Positions 1 through 11,676 of a stretch of 64,000 bases of DNA are shown piece by piece. Made by a program: the position numbers and the translations under genes. Origin of the DNA: Mizuhopecten yessoensis (Eukaryota). Position 1 is the stretch's first letter, and each line of letters starts with the position of its first letter. Location: the NCBI RefSeq assembly GCF_002113885.1, contig NW_018480077.1:1794145-1858144 (forward strand), written 5' to 3'. A model generated the notes under the pieces. The model made no database searches, was not told where the DNA came from, and saw only the letters and a list, made by a program, of their open reading frames with translations.

Positions 1-100
1 AATAAGTTGTTTGTTTTTAGTCTATTTGAAAATTAATAAGTTGTTTTTTAGTCTATTTGAAGATTAAGAAGTTGTTTTGTTTCTTTTAAGTCTATTTGAA
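1..100. repeat. Short tandem repeat, about 33-bp unit, 3 copies (aagttgttt...agtctatttga)
   Basis: agtctatttga occurs three times within positions 1-100, each preceded by aagttgttt. Confidence 0.7.
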
Positions 101-1060
101 TCTATCTATCTTTAAAAACAACAAGTTCATACATCTGTCCGATATAAATTCCTTCTCTCATTGGAAAGAAACAATCAAAACTCTGGAATTAGGTAGTATT
201 TTATGATAAATATCCTTATAAATAAAGTCTAATGTAAGTGTAAACCTCTATTTTGTATTAAAAAAATACGGTCTTTTACATTTCAGATTTGGAGTTGTCT
301 AGATACCACATGAATTTCCTCAAATTTTGGCAGAGATATTGCCACTTGAAGTATTTCCAACATTCGTTGATGCTTATGGTGAAGTGGACATGACGCAAGC
401 AACTAGAGGATGTATTATAGTCCATAGTTATACCAAATAAATCCTGTATATGTAATAGTGTAGTTAAAACTACTACAAGGGAAATTGTACTCACAAAGGG
501 TGCTGCTTTATTATCATGCAATAGGGTCATCTTTCTTGTGTCAAGTTTGAAAAAATACACAAGATAAAGTGGTAATTTAAAGTGATATATACATATTATT
601 GTTATAACATTTATATTTACATGTGAAAATGGCTGTGATCTTTTTAATTTCATGTATACATACATGTACATGTTTATTATATGGTTGATATTTTTATAGA
701 TTTTTTTTGTATGATTGGAGTTCCAATTACATTCCAAATGAACTTTGGTATACTAATTTGTGATCTGTAGTTTACTACATGTACCAAGTATGTAAACATT
801 AACATTACATATCATGGATATTTTTAAATAGTTTAAAAAATCAAAAAATCAAAAAAAAATCAATGTTTATGAATGTCATGTGTTTATTGAAAAATAAATT
901 TATGAATTATTTCTATAGTCACCTTCTTATTTGTGATGGAATGAATATTGATGCAAAAGGCAACAATTCAACTACAAGTTCTAGCTTGGGGATCATGAAA
1001 AGTTCTATTAAATAGGTGTTTGTGTGAAAATCTGATTGTTTATACTAGTTAACAATTTAA

Positions 1061-1143
1061 CCCTTTTACCACTGTAGACCATAATGGACTCATCCATATA
1101 AATGCATGGTAGAGCCTACTAAAGTTACATAGGGTTGAAAGGG
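1061..1143. mobile_element. piggyBac-like MITE
   Basis: ttaa|CCCTTT ... AAAGGG|tcaa: CCC/GGG termini with a TTAA target (right copy mutated). Confidence 0.5.
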
Positions 1144-2339
1144 TCAATAGAAGATGCTTAGTATGTACCGACATAGCTAATTAGCCGAAATGCATTTCCC
1201 TATCAAGCCTGATATTATATCTATCAAACACTTTAGTGTATTTGTTTAAATATTTTACCCTGCACCAGAAGTGGCGGGTAAGAAAAGAGACAATGTTGTA
1301 GTCTTGTGTACCAGGTATATTCATGAAAATATAAACTTTCTTGCAGACACACCCAACAATACTGAAAAGCAACTGAAGCAATGTTGTAATGATTTGTTTT
1401 CTTGGTTATCGTACTTATGATAAATAACGGTCTTTGATCATAAAATGTTTCAAAACACTTTTATTAACCTCGGAACAAAAACTGTTTGAAATTTAAAGAC
1501 AAAATTCATATCCATGTAATCATTTGAAAATTATTTTTTACCTAATATTGCCACTTTAAGTTTCATATGAAATCACATGGGCTAAGTGTCTTAGGAAGGT
1601 TTATTTTGGATTGGGATGGAATTAAGCCATTTTTGCTATTCTTTCACTTACCCAAATAACATATTTTAAGGGAAAGCAACAGTAAAGTTAAAACATTGTT
1701 TTTAATAGTGTGTATTCCTTATTTCTTTTCTATTTCGACCTTTTTCACTGTCATGAAATATTTAAGGTATTTTTGACAGAAGTGTTCCATGTAAATCATA
1801 TCTCACAATACAGATAGAGAATTAAAACTTTTCAAAATTTAAGTGTTTTACTCAAAAATGTATTCACTGCCATATCTCAATAGCTTGACAAGGGAAGTAA
1901 CTCTTAACAGCGAAAAACTTATTTCTGTTGCTTCATCTTTTAAGTTTTATAAAAAATTGAAAACCAAGTTAAAAGATGTAAGGGGGAACAATTCTTTGCA
2001 ATTATAACTGAAGCAGTGGTACCCTTTAAGACCCTATGACTATGTATTCTTATCATTTTGAGAACCTTACAAGTAAACCAAGCCTTTAATAATTTAACCA
2101 AGCCTTTAATAATGTCGCCAGTAATAGTATCAGCTGATGTTTTTGAACATGACTCATTTGTATTCTGAATTACTTTTCTATTTCAACCTCGTGATCATTT
2201 TTTTACAGAACAATATGATCATTGAAGATTGATCAATTTTCTAAAATAGGGATTACATAGAAAATTGTCTAAAGGCCAAGAGTGCTCCAGACTATCTAAA
2301 ATTAACACTGAAGGAGAAAACACACTGAACTTCATATTA

Positions 2340-2546
2340 CGGTAACAACATTTAATTTAGCTACATACACATTTTGTGTTTCAATTAATGATACATAAAA
2401 AATATGACTTTTTTACATGAAAACATTTACACATCTGTACTGTTGAAGATTGTTTATGTTGAAATCTGAACCAGTGGATTGGAGATACTGCATCTTCATT
2501 GTCACTATGTTATAAGTATGATCTTGTTCCTTCCCATCACCCATTT
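2340..2546 (-). other. Probable non-coding terminal (3'UTR) exon of DAD1
   Basis: GTAAGT donor at 3654, 9 nt after the stop codon; strong acceptor ttttctttctttcag ending at 2547; ATTAAA poly(A) signal at 2351-2356 on the minus strand. Confidence 0.65.
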
Positions 2547-3663
2547 CTGAAAGAAAGAAAATTGATTGAACAGTTTATAGAGTATCTTACTGGTTAAGCA
2601 TAGTTATTTCTTGCACTTTAAAATCAGACTACAAATATGAAAGTTTCCAGTTGAAGTCTGCATGAACGGAAAACATTGTACTTCTAAACCAAATACCTGA
2701 AGGATTTTAAAATAGATTTAGAGCTTATATTGCTTGTCTTTTATACAAGAAACTTACCATATTAGCTCATGAACAGCTCATGAACAGCTCATGAACAGAT
2801 GTGAAGGACAAAACTAGAAATATGCTTTATGTTGTTCATTGTCGGGAAAACTTGGTACCAGGTAGGTAAGACCAAATAAATATAAAAATCTGGTTAAACC
2901 AACAGATAATACAAACCAGTTGTTTATACAAAACCATAGGAAGACATGTCTGGTAAAATCATACAATAATATAATACATAGACAAGTCTGGTAAAACCGG
3001 TAATATATAGGGTAGTTACAATACATACACCAGTCATCGGGTAATATTTACATTCTGTATGCTTAGACCCATTGACAAAAATTACATTCATAAATGCATA
3101 ACACAGGTGTTCATAGAATCTCAGCACGTGGGAACTGATAGTAACCTGATCACACTGCGTAGTAATACACTACAAAAACTACTCACTCGGCACGACCGAC
3201 CTAGATGCTTAATTCTTACATCTTAAAATATTATTGAACTGTGCTTTGTAAAATATCCACGTATTCACGTGTCCTGTGCTACAAATAAACATTGAATATG
3301 GAACTACATTTTGTTGTGTTATTGTTGTTGACGGTTGCTAAGATATCTCACGATAGTGTCACATTTCCCCGCGAAAAAACACTGTTCTCGCCACTGCGTT
3401 GCACCCGTGTATAAGCAGGAACAAACCCTGTTTATTTGTTTTATTCGTTGTTATATCGATCCACTGAAAGGATTCGTCAATGTAAATATAAGGAATGATA
3501 TTTATTTTTTCAACATTTATGAGGTCATAAAAGTTGAAAAAATAAAAATCATTCCTTAAATACCAGTCGATAAAAGACGGACAAGTCAGGAAACTAGACA
3601 TCACTATTGTGAAATAAATTTGCTTTTTGTTGGTGTTTCTTAAGCAAAACTTACCATAACATA

Positions 3664-6284
3664 CTATCCAATAAAGTTGATAACAACTAAGTGTAAAATA
3701 ACATGAGCAAAAACGAAGTCGGCAAATGCTCTTTCTGGACCAATTCCTGTGAAGTCGTGTTTATTCTGTGGATTCACTTGTAGCCGCAAACATACTGAAA
3801 ATAAAAAGAACAATGTCACAATAGAGAAAAGGTATGTCCACAAATGAAATCACTTAAGACAATGCCTCCCTCCCTATTACAATCACTCAAATAATTTCTA
3901 CATTCATTGGAGACGAAGCAGTCTTCAGTATATTGTATCATTTCTATTGTATGCCAGTTAGTATGTGGGTCCCATACAGAACAGACACACTGACTCTATA
4001 TAAGTTTTTACAAGGGAGATATATGCGTACTGTTTCAGTTAAGATTATATTTGAATGTTCCTTCTAAGGAAGCTTTAAGCTTTATGCTTTAGAGCATATC
4101 ATATATCTTCAATATGAAATTCCCACTTTAGGTTTGATCTTGGACCTCGACCAGTGCCAACGCTTTCCCAACCCATCCCCACTGCCTCAATACATCTTAC
4201 TAAAGCTGGTAGACTCTCGTCTTACCAAAGTCATATTACTGTCTTTTAGGTGGGGAATGGCCCCACCACTTGGCTGCCAGTGCATATTATTTTTCTTTTT
4301 CCCCTTCCCTCATGTCCACATGTGTGCTATGTGCACTTATTATATGCCTACCCTTTTTCTGATCAGTGATGTTTGTTATTTATGAAATTCTTCAACAATT
4401 TATTATTATGTTATAAATTATATATAAAGATTGACATAAAACTATTTACATGCCAAGGACACCTTAAAGTTGCAACAAATGCAATTTCAAACATGAGAAA
4501 TATCTGGGAGTCACCTGACCCAGGGTTATTTATTGCTGCGTTGTTTTGCCCTAAAAATATCTTTCATGGTCACTTTTTCAAGCCTGTTTAGTTGAGTGTA
4601 GAGACCAGATCTCCAAACAGCACATATATATACCTCTACCTGAAGTTTACCTAAACACAATTGTCTGAGAAATATAACAAGAATTACGCGTAATTATATG
4701 TGTCGCCTGTCCCGCTTTGTCAATATAATAAGCATTTGACATGGTACATAAGGAAACGGACCTAAACGCAAAATCATAACATTGATTTTTTTAAAGTCAA
4801 GGAATTTCAGGTTTTTATTCGAAAAAGAGCAGAAATCTGTTATATGTTTTCAGAGTAGTAGGCTCTACTACCCATGATACATGTATGATTGAGGTTTGGT
4901 TGGTCTAGCTCTTATACTTTGTCAGAAAGAGCCTAATATGCAAGAGCTAAACGCAAAACTTTAACGTTGAGTTTTTTTCTAAGTCCAGAAATTTGAGTTT
5001 TTTAGCAAAAAAATACAGAAATCGTTAAAATGCTAGTAAAGAGTGTAATGCATTCAGCTATACATCCCATGGTACACCTATGACCCAAGTTTGGTTGCTC
5101 TAGCATTTATACTTTGTCAGAAACAGCCTAATATGTAAGACCTAATGCAAAACCTTTACGTTGAGGTTTTTTCCCCCCCAAGTCCAGAAATTTGAGGTTT
5201 TTACCAAAAAAAAGCAGAAATCAATGAAATGTTTTCATTGCAGTAGGCTCCACTACCCATGCTACATCTATGATCGCTGTTTTGTTGGTGTAGCTTTGTC
5301 AGAAACAGAGCTAAACGCAAAACATTAACATTGTTGACGCCGCCGTCAGAAAAGCAGCGCCTACATTTGTATGTGTCTTTCCGACATCCGTCGTAGGCGA
5401 CACAAAAATGATGTTAATAAATTTAAAATCATACATTAGGGTGTAACAACACTGAGATAAGTGGATTTAGGGTGAAACCTGTAGTGCAAATGGGATTTGG
5501 GGAAAGACATAGCTTCCCAAGAACTGCCTAGTAAGCAAGTGATTGGGCAGCCCCACCGAAATTACTTGACTGTCTGCCATTTCTAAGGTGGGATGGGTGG
5601 GGGGTTGTTTGGTTTACTGGCAGTGATAGCTTTTAAATGCAACCAATTGATTGTCAACACCGACCAGATTAATCCTATGCGGATTGCCCCATAACATATA
5701 ACTTTTGGGATGGGGGGGGGGGGGGGGGGGGGGCGGGGGTAACTGGCAGTGATTGCTTTTAAAAGCAACCAATTGATTGGGCAACACCTACCAGATTAAT
5801 CCTATGCGGATTGCCCCATATATAACATAACACTTCATTAGCTTACTGGAGCTATTTATCATGGAGCAAACCAGGGTGGAGGACAATAGTATAAAAGTAG
5901 TTGTTTCCATAAGTATCTTATATATCAGTGAGGCACACGGTAACGCTTTAACTTGGGATATGGATGGATACATCCCCCTCCAATTTATGTCATGTTATAT
6001 ATTATTTTACAACGCATTCGCGTATGCCTATTGTCTAGTATATGCAGTTTTAGTTTCAAAATGTGTTCAGTACCTCCTAAAACGAATGAACCGACGGTTG
6101 AGATGAAACCCGACAGGAAAGAGTTAAAAGGAAACGTTCCAACCAGCGCACAGTACATGAACTGGATGACGCCTGTCAGCAGGATGTAGAACAGGTATGA
6201 ATCTACAATCTTCAATTTTTTCGGAGTACTGTTTATATACTCATCTGTGAATTTCTTCACCACGGAAAATAAACTCTCAGGCAT
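3664..6284 (-). CDS. DAD1: Defender against cell death 1 / oligosaccharyltransferase subunit OST2; coding exons 6284-6074 and 3794-3664 (113 aa)
   Basis: Exon 1 [12 protein letters not shown]...[25 protein letters not shown] donor at 6073; tttcag acceptor at 3795; exon 2 [43 protein letters not shown]. 211+131=342 nt = 113 aa + stop; [12 protein letters not shown] and ERAFADF are DAD1 signatures. Confidence 0.97.
4676..5408 (+). mobile_element. Helentron-associated non-autonomous element (HINE-type) with internal ~185-195-bp tandem repeats
   Basis: Starts aacaag; subterminal inverted repeats tgtgtcgcct (4699) / aggcgacaca (5395) followed by an A-run; core repeat ctaaacgcaaaa...aacgttga at 4762, 4947, 5142 and 5311; short gacgccgcc microsatellite after the last partial unit. 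Confidence 0.7.
5617..5828. repeat. Direct duplication (~85 bp x2) separated by a poly-G run, in DAD1 intron 1
   Basis: actggcagtgat...ccagattaatcctatgcggattgccccata at about 5617-5702 and 5742-5828. Confidence 0.8.
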
Positions 6285-6324
6285 TTTGTAGAGTAAAAAT
6301 CAACGTGGCAAACAAACACCGGTG

Positions 6325-6345
6325 GATTTAACAGGAAGTGAATGA
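6325..6345. promoter_or_regulatory. ETS-type site (ACAGGAAGTG) just upstream of the DAD1 start
   Basis: acaggaagtg at 6331-6340, about 50 bp upstream of the ATG; a typical housekeeping promoter motif. Function not shown. Confidence 0.4.
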
Positions 6346-6827
6346 CACAAAGTAATTACCGGAGTAGGACAAATATTGCCGGTTAACGGATATACAGCAT
6401 ACATTGATGAAATAAAAATATATATTATTCTTAACATTGTGATAAATGAATTTTTCAATGTTTTGTAGTGGGAGCAGAAAAATGCATAGCCATACCGGGA
6501 TTCGAACCTAGAACCCTCCGAACTCTGTGTGTTTCTCGCCGTCTTGTTTTATTCTTTTCTAGTCTTTTCTAGACGCTTTGCATTGGAATATTTAATTACA
6601 GTCATTACATTTTGTTTGTACAGTTGTTCAATTATCTAATGATTCAGATAATTTTATTTACTTTATCATAGTTATTCATAGGTAAAACATATTGATCTTA
6701 TTTCAATAGGTTTGCCAATTTCCACCGTTTACCTTTACATTGGCGGATCCTGTATCTTCACCATTTTCCTCAGTTTTGGTTTAAAATTATTCGTAGAACG
6801 CCAATGTTCGATGTCTTCCGATACAAT

Positions 6828-6892
6828 CACAGGTTCTAGCCTCGTAATATACTATAGTATAGATGTATTGACAGACGAGGCTAGTACCTGTG
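6828..6892. mobile_element. Tiny palindromic MITE
   Basis: TIRs cacaggttctagcctcgt / acgaggctagtacctgtg, flanked by the direct repeat atacaat. Confidence 0.65.
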
Positions 6893-7258
6893 ATACAATT
6901 ATATATTTTATCTCACAATTGTTAATAAATGATAGCAGAGACGTATATACTCTGGTATGTAATAATCTTTACAATTTTTTCCTACACTTTCTTTGCAATC
7001 TTGAAGTCGTCGTAGCATGGATATTGAATTCAGAGAAAGTGTTTTTTATTCTGCCCACACAACTCCAACAACCCAGGTGGAGTATAAATTGGTCTGGGTG
7101 GATGTAGTGAGGTGGCACTAGAAAAAGGAGGGTGAAAGGTAGCGGAACTTCCGTTGGAAGCACGGTCCCATTACAAACAGAACACATGACATCTCCAGCA
7201 CACACGCAGACATACACACATAGGGAGATATCAGCCAGGAGGCATAGGACTAGTAGCT

Positions 7259-7436
7259 ATTCCGTCTTTGCGTATTGCAGAGTTATCTTCTCTTGGGAGC
7301 AGGTCTTGATTGTTACGTCATTGGTTTGTGCGAGAAAATTAAGTTGTTTTCTCAAAAATCGATGACGTTACTCTCACAAACAAGTGACGTAACAATCAAT
7401 ACCTGCCCCCAAGAGAAGATAACTCTGCAATACGCA
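7259..7436. mobile_element. Palindromic MITE (family A), right end truncated
   Basis: Long TIR attccgtctttgcgtattgcagagttatcttctcttggg...; same family as 24251-24438; lacks the terminal aagacggaat. Confidence 0.85.
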
Positions 7437-7912
7437 GTCTTTTCTAGACGCTTTGCATTGGAATATTTAATTACAGTCATTACATTTTGTTTGTACAGTT
7501 GTTAAATTATCTAATGATTCAGATAATTTTATTTACTTTATCATAGTTATTCATAGGTAAAACATATTGATCTTATTTCAATAGGTTTGCCAATTTCCAA
7601 CGTTTACCTTTACATTGGCGGATCCTGTATCTTCACCATTTTCCTCAGTTTTGGTTTAAAATTATTCGTAGAGAGGAGTCGTTTCTGTTGATATTTGATC
7701 CAAATTTGTGATATTACCTTTAGATTTTCCAACTCAAACTGGAATTTCAATGCCTATATCTGCTTGTACAATAGATTGAAAATAGTTTCAGCTAATGCAA
7801 CAAAATTAACAATTACTTGAAAAAGTTTATACGTATAGCGATGGGAGACGTGACAGTCTCTAACCTGCTATGTCTAACATGCTAAACACATTTAAATTAA
7901 AAACAGAGACAT

Positions 7913-8078
7913 CAGTGGCGGATCCAGAGACCTATCTGGGGGGGTTTCCAAATTTCCTGGGGGGGTTTCCACATGGGGAAAAATTGAGGAAAATGGTGAA
8001 AATACATGATTTTTAAAGAAAATTCTCAGGGTGGGGGGGTTTCCTGAAGCCCAGAAAACCCCTCTGGATCCGCCACTG
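7913..8078. mobile_element. MITE with CAGTGGCGGATCCAGA TIRs (hAT-like termini)
   Basis: cagtggcggatccaga ... tctggatccgccactg; partial right-end copy at about 63176-63216. No clean TSD. Confidence 0.8.
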
Positions 8079-8699
8079 TACATCCTTCATGGATTGGCAT
8101 ATCAGCTCAAACCATTTGTTTAAACATTATGCCTAGCGTTACAACTCTCATTATCATGTTTACTCTATGATTTTTTCAAATGGCATTTGTTTCTTTCGGA
8201 TCAAAATATTAATATATGATATTATGTACAAATGTACAGTACGTGCTTCGCTCTCTCGGGGATGTGTACACATCCCTGGCTCTCTTAAGGCCATGCCTGA
8301 GTCATATTATTAGAAGGAAATCCCATCTGAAATAGAGGAAAATCTTCAAAAACCTTGGTCTAGATTTTTTTTGGACACAGAAATAAGGTCCGCCCAGAGA
8401 CATATTAAGGCAGTAGTATATACGTCTCTGGTCCGCCACTGCTGCTTATCGTCATATCCTAAGAACCTGTCAGTAGCAGGCGATGTAATATTGACGGATT
8501 TGCCGGCCGACTCCGTCTCTAAATTTCGTTTTACCTTACTTTGGTCATTTACTATTTTATACTAGTAAATATAAGAAACACAGCAATACAGATACTAAAA
8601 TATGCGACATAAATAATTTGCAACTTATTTAATAATAAATATGAAAATCATCAAATAACGGAATGTATCGTGAGACTGAGATATCTCACCATGTGACTT

Positions 8700-8789
8700 T
8701 CTCTGGCGTACAACCAGATCACGTGATCGGCCTTTTCGCCATCATGAACATGGACTACAACGAGACAGATATCAAAGTTTGCACATGAT
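8700..8789 (+). promoter_or_regulatory. Probable promoter / first non-coding exon of the ZNF507-like gene
   Basis: Palindromic gatcacgtgatc E-box at about 8717-8728, cgccat YY1-like core, GTAAGT donor at 8790; matching acceptor tctttgttttacag ending at 11574. Confidence 0.6.
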
Positions 8790-9960
8790 GTAAGTAAAAA
8801 CACATGATGAACATCCCAAGATTATCAAGGAATAGTTTAAATTATATATTTCAATAATACTTGCCGATGTGCTAAAGGAAAAACGACGTTCAGTTATTGT
8901 CTGATTTCATCGCTGAGAAGAGCAGACCGAAATTCCCGCTTGCATGCTGCAAGATGCCGTGTACAAAATAGCATGGCAACATATACTATTGTGTCGGTTG
9001 CACTGGCTGGATTTATTTGAATGATATTTCCAGCAGTTGGGCCTGTCATCATATCAATACACATGCTTTAATGTAATTGAAAATGTCGTCATTTGTATCT
9101 AATAATCGGTAATAAAGTTGACAGTTCACACTGGAAATTTAAACTTGACATTGTGTATTGCATTACATCGCTACTGTTGATGTGCATGTTCTATTAACAC
9201 ATTCACACATTAAATTCTTAACAATCGTTTAAAAATTGAGTACTTAACAATAGGTCAATATCTATTTCATCATAATCTAATTTGCATTTTACAGTGTTGG
9301 AAACCTGCAAATAAATCCTATAAGTATGGAGATCTAAAAATATAATTTATAAATACATGTATGCATATCGTGCTTTATGATCGTTACAGCACAACATTTT
9401 TACCAGACAAAACTTATTTGGATTGTTTCTCATTTATTTGAATAAAGGTGCATCCACTTCAGCCAGTATAACATTCAGTTTTCAATTCTATTGATAGAGA
9501 AATAAAACTTAAAATATGTAACACATTGATAAAACAATAGAAGATTGAACATATAGAAGATATTTGGTGAAATCGTGATGAATATTGCATGATATTTTAA
9601 TCAATTTCTGGCATCAGATGTAACTGGGTCAATGACCTACTCTGTGAAGTTCAGTTAATTATAAGTTTCACAGTTTATAGAGCTAGATATCTGTTAAAGT
9701 AAAAAAAAAACGAAAACCCCCCAAAAAATTCATAAACATGTATTATTTTACTGTGATCGAGAAAATTAATCTATTCCAATGTAACCAATCATTGGACGGT
9801 CATTTTCAAATATTCATCGGAGTTGTCCAATCCCCAATGATATCATCTACAACATGATCAGACATGATTTTCGTTACTATTGTACATGTACTATTCCGAG
9901 TTTGGTTATGTACTTCTATGGATAAGCTACATTGTAAGTCATTCCTTAGATCTATACCAT

Positions 9961-10420
9961 TGTAACAGGAGAGGAAACATTTATGGCTCAGAACTCTAGA
10001 TGGACGCTGTACCATTTGAGCTACCTGGTTGCCGGAAATCATCCCAGTCCATACTCATAAAACATAAGAGGCCGCTGGTCAGCCTTTTTTCTATCGGATA
10101 TAATATACACGGCGCCTGTCATAGAACTGGGTACTCCAACAGTGTTGGAGATACTTTCACTACAAAGTACAAGTAGTAGTATCTCGCTGTGTAAACCTCT
10201 AACACTGTTGGAGTACCCAGTCCAGTGCCATTACATTCCACCCTCCTTAAAAATCTAAGCCCGAAGACACACAAAACCCTATACTACCTTCCACAAGTAT
10301 ATAATTTCGTTGGGCATCAGATATAACAGGAAAGCAAAATTGCACAGCTAGACCAAGATTTGAACCAGAGACCTATCAAACTTGAGATGGACACTTCATA
10401 TACCAACAAATGCAGTTGAT
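9961..10420 (-). mobile_element. Degenerate copies of a tRNA-LTR miniature retrotransposon (TRIM)
   Basis: LTR-like tgtaacagga... at 9961 and tataacagga at 10322; LTR end ...cccagtccagtgccattaca at 10235; PPT (aaggagggtggaa on minus) 10236-10248; PBS-like TGATGCCCAACG (10/12 match to the tRNA-Lys PBS TGGCGCCCAACG) at 10319-10308. Confidence 0.6.
10127..10220. mobile_element. Palindromic MITE
   Basis: TIRs ctgggtactccaacagtgttggag / ctctaacactgttggagtacccag. Confidence 0.7.
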
Positions 10421-10740
10421 CTCATGATTAACCAAGGGGATGGCAATCCACCTAGAGAATGCTGTCTTCTCTTCCTGTCTATGTTTTATATATATATATA
10501 TTTATATTTAGAGACGCTATCTCTGTCTTTTGTTCTATTTTTTATAAACAGTCTCCTGATGAATGGGGAATCAACCCGAGAAAGGCCTAGAGACGCTATC
10601 TCTGTCTTTTGTTCTATTTTTTTATATTTAATTCCAACACAAGGACTTCTCACTGTTTTCTTTATATTTATATATATATTATAAAAAGAAAAATTTTCAA
10701 CAAGTCTTTAGTACTTTCATCTCTTCTAGGAGAATCTTCA

Positions 10741-10770
<30 letters not shown>

Positions 10771-10774
<4 letters not shown>

Positions 10775-11150
10775 ACAGGAAAAAGACAAATGAACCGTCA
10801 GATCGGGATTAAAAGCTTTGACCCTTCAAACTCTTGATAGACACTCTACCTATTGAGGTACCTGGTCGCTTACGATCAACCCAGTCCAGGTCTGCTACCT
10901 TCCTCCCTCCTTTTTCTAAGTCTTCCCACCTGACAACACAATTATTTACAACTCCAATTATGATATCTCCTTGCTAAGAATTCACCCAGTGCTTGGACCC
11001 AGGGTTGGCAAGCTAGCCAATTTTGTAACAGGAGAAAGTGAAATGGAACGTCCAGACCGGGATTCGAACACGGGACCCTCCGAACTCTAGTCGGACGCTC
11101 TACCAATTGAGCTACCTTGCTGACGATCGACCCATTCCAGTTCCACTACA
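10771..11150 (-). mobile_element. Complete miniature LTR retrotransposon (TRIM) with tRNA-like LTRs (Helenus-like)
   Basis: Two ~128-bp LTRs (11150-11024, 10899-10771) with TGTAG...TTACA ends; A box tagctcaattggtagagc and B box gttcgaatccc inside the LTR; TGG-initiated PBS-like sequence after the 5' LTR; PPT agaaaaaggagggaggaa abutting the 3' LTR; TATA on both flanks. Confidence 0.75.
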
Positions 11151-11676
11151 TATATATTATTTCCCGTCAAATGGTCATTGATCCTACATAATTTATATCA
11201 TAAAATTACTAGTAACAGTTGTAGAAGAAGGAATAGTTTTCTATATGTCAGCTGTCTAACCACACAAGAAATATTGCAGGGCTTGCACCATTTAATTGCT
11301 GAACTGTCATTATCAGTGTTCTAGTTATGATAATTTACCACTAACTATATATAATGGACACAAATTAATTAATACCCCTAATTACATTGGGTAATTTAAT
11401 TTAGATTTAAAATATTATTTGGTTTAAAAAAGGGGGCCTTTTTATACTGGATATATAAATAAATAAGCAAGTTTTGTAAATACACACATAAGATGAGCAG
11501 AAGTACAGAGATGACCATGAGCTGTAATCAATATGAGTGATGTTTTTCAATAACAGTTTTTCTTTGTTTTACAGGGATCCATCCTCAGGTGTGTACAACC
11601 CAGATGTCAAGTGAATCGGGGTCCATATCGTAAGCTGTGATGGACTTCAGAGGACTGTCTACCTGAGAACATAACT

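Larger units (their letters stand above)
6561..7672. repeat. 237-bp direct duplication (6561-6797 and 7436-7672)
   Basis: agtcttttctagacgctttgcattgg...aaattattcgtaga is present twice, nearly identical. Confidence 0.9.

Noticed and set aside
276-737. 153-aa minus-strand ORF
   Set aside because: AT-rich, non-ATG start, no recognisable domain or exon chain.
1666-2028. Possible TTAA-flanked Kolobok-like MITE
   Set aside because: Terminal inverted match too short and degenerate to support.
11040-11125. Functional tRNA gene (also 63350-63425 and 46915-46980)
   Set aside because: A and B boxes are present but acceptor stems pair poorly and the sequences are embedded in LTR or SINE structures.
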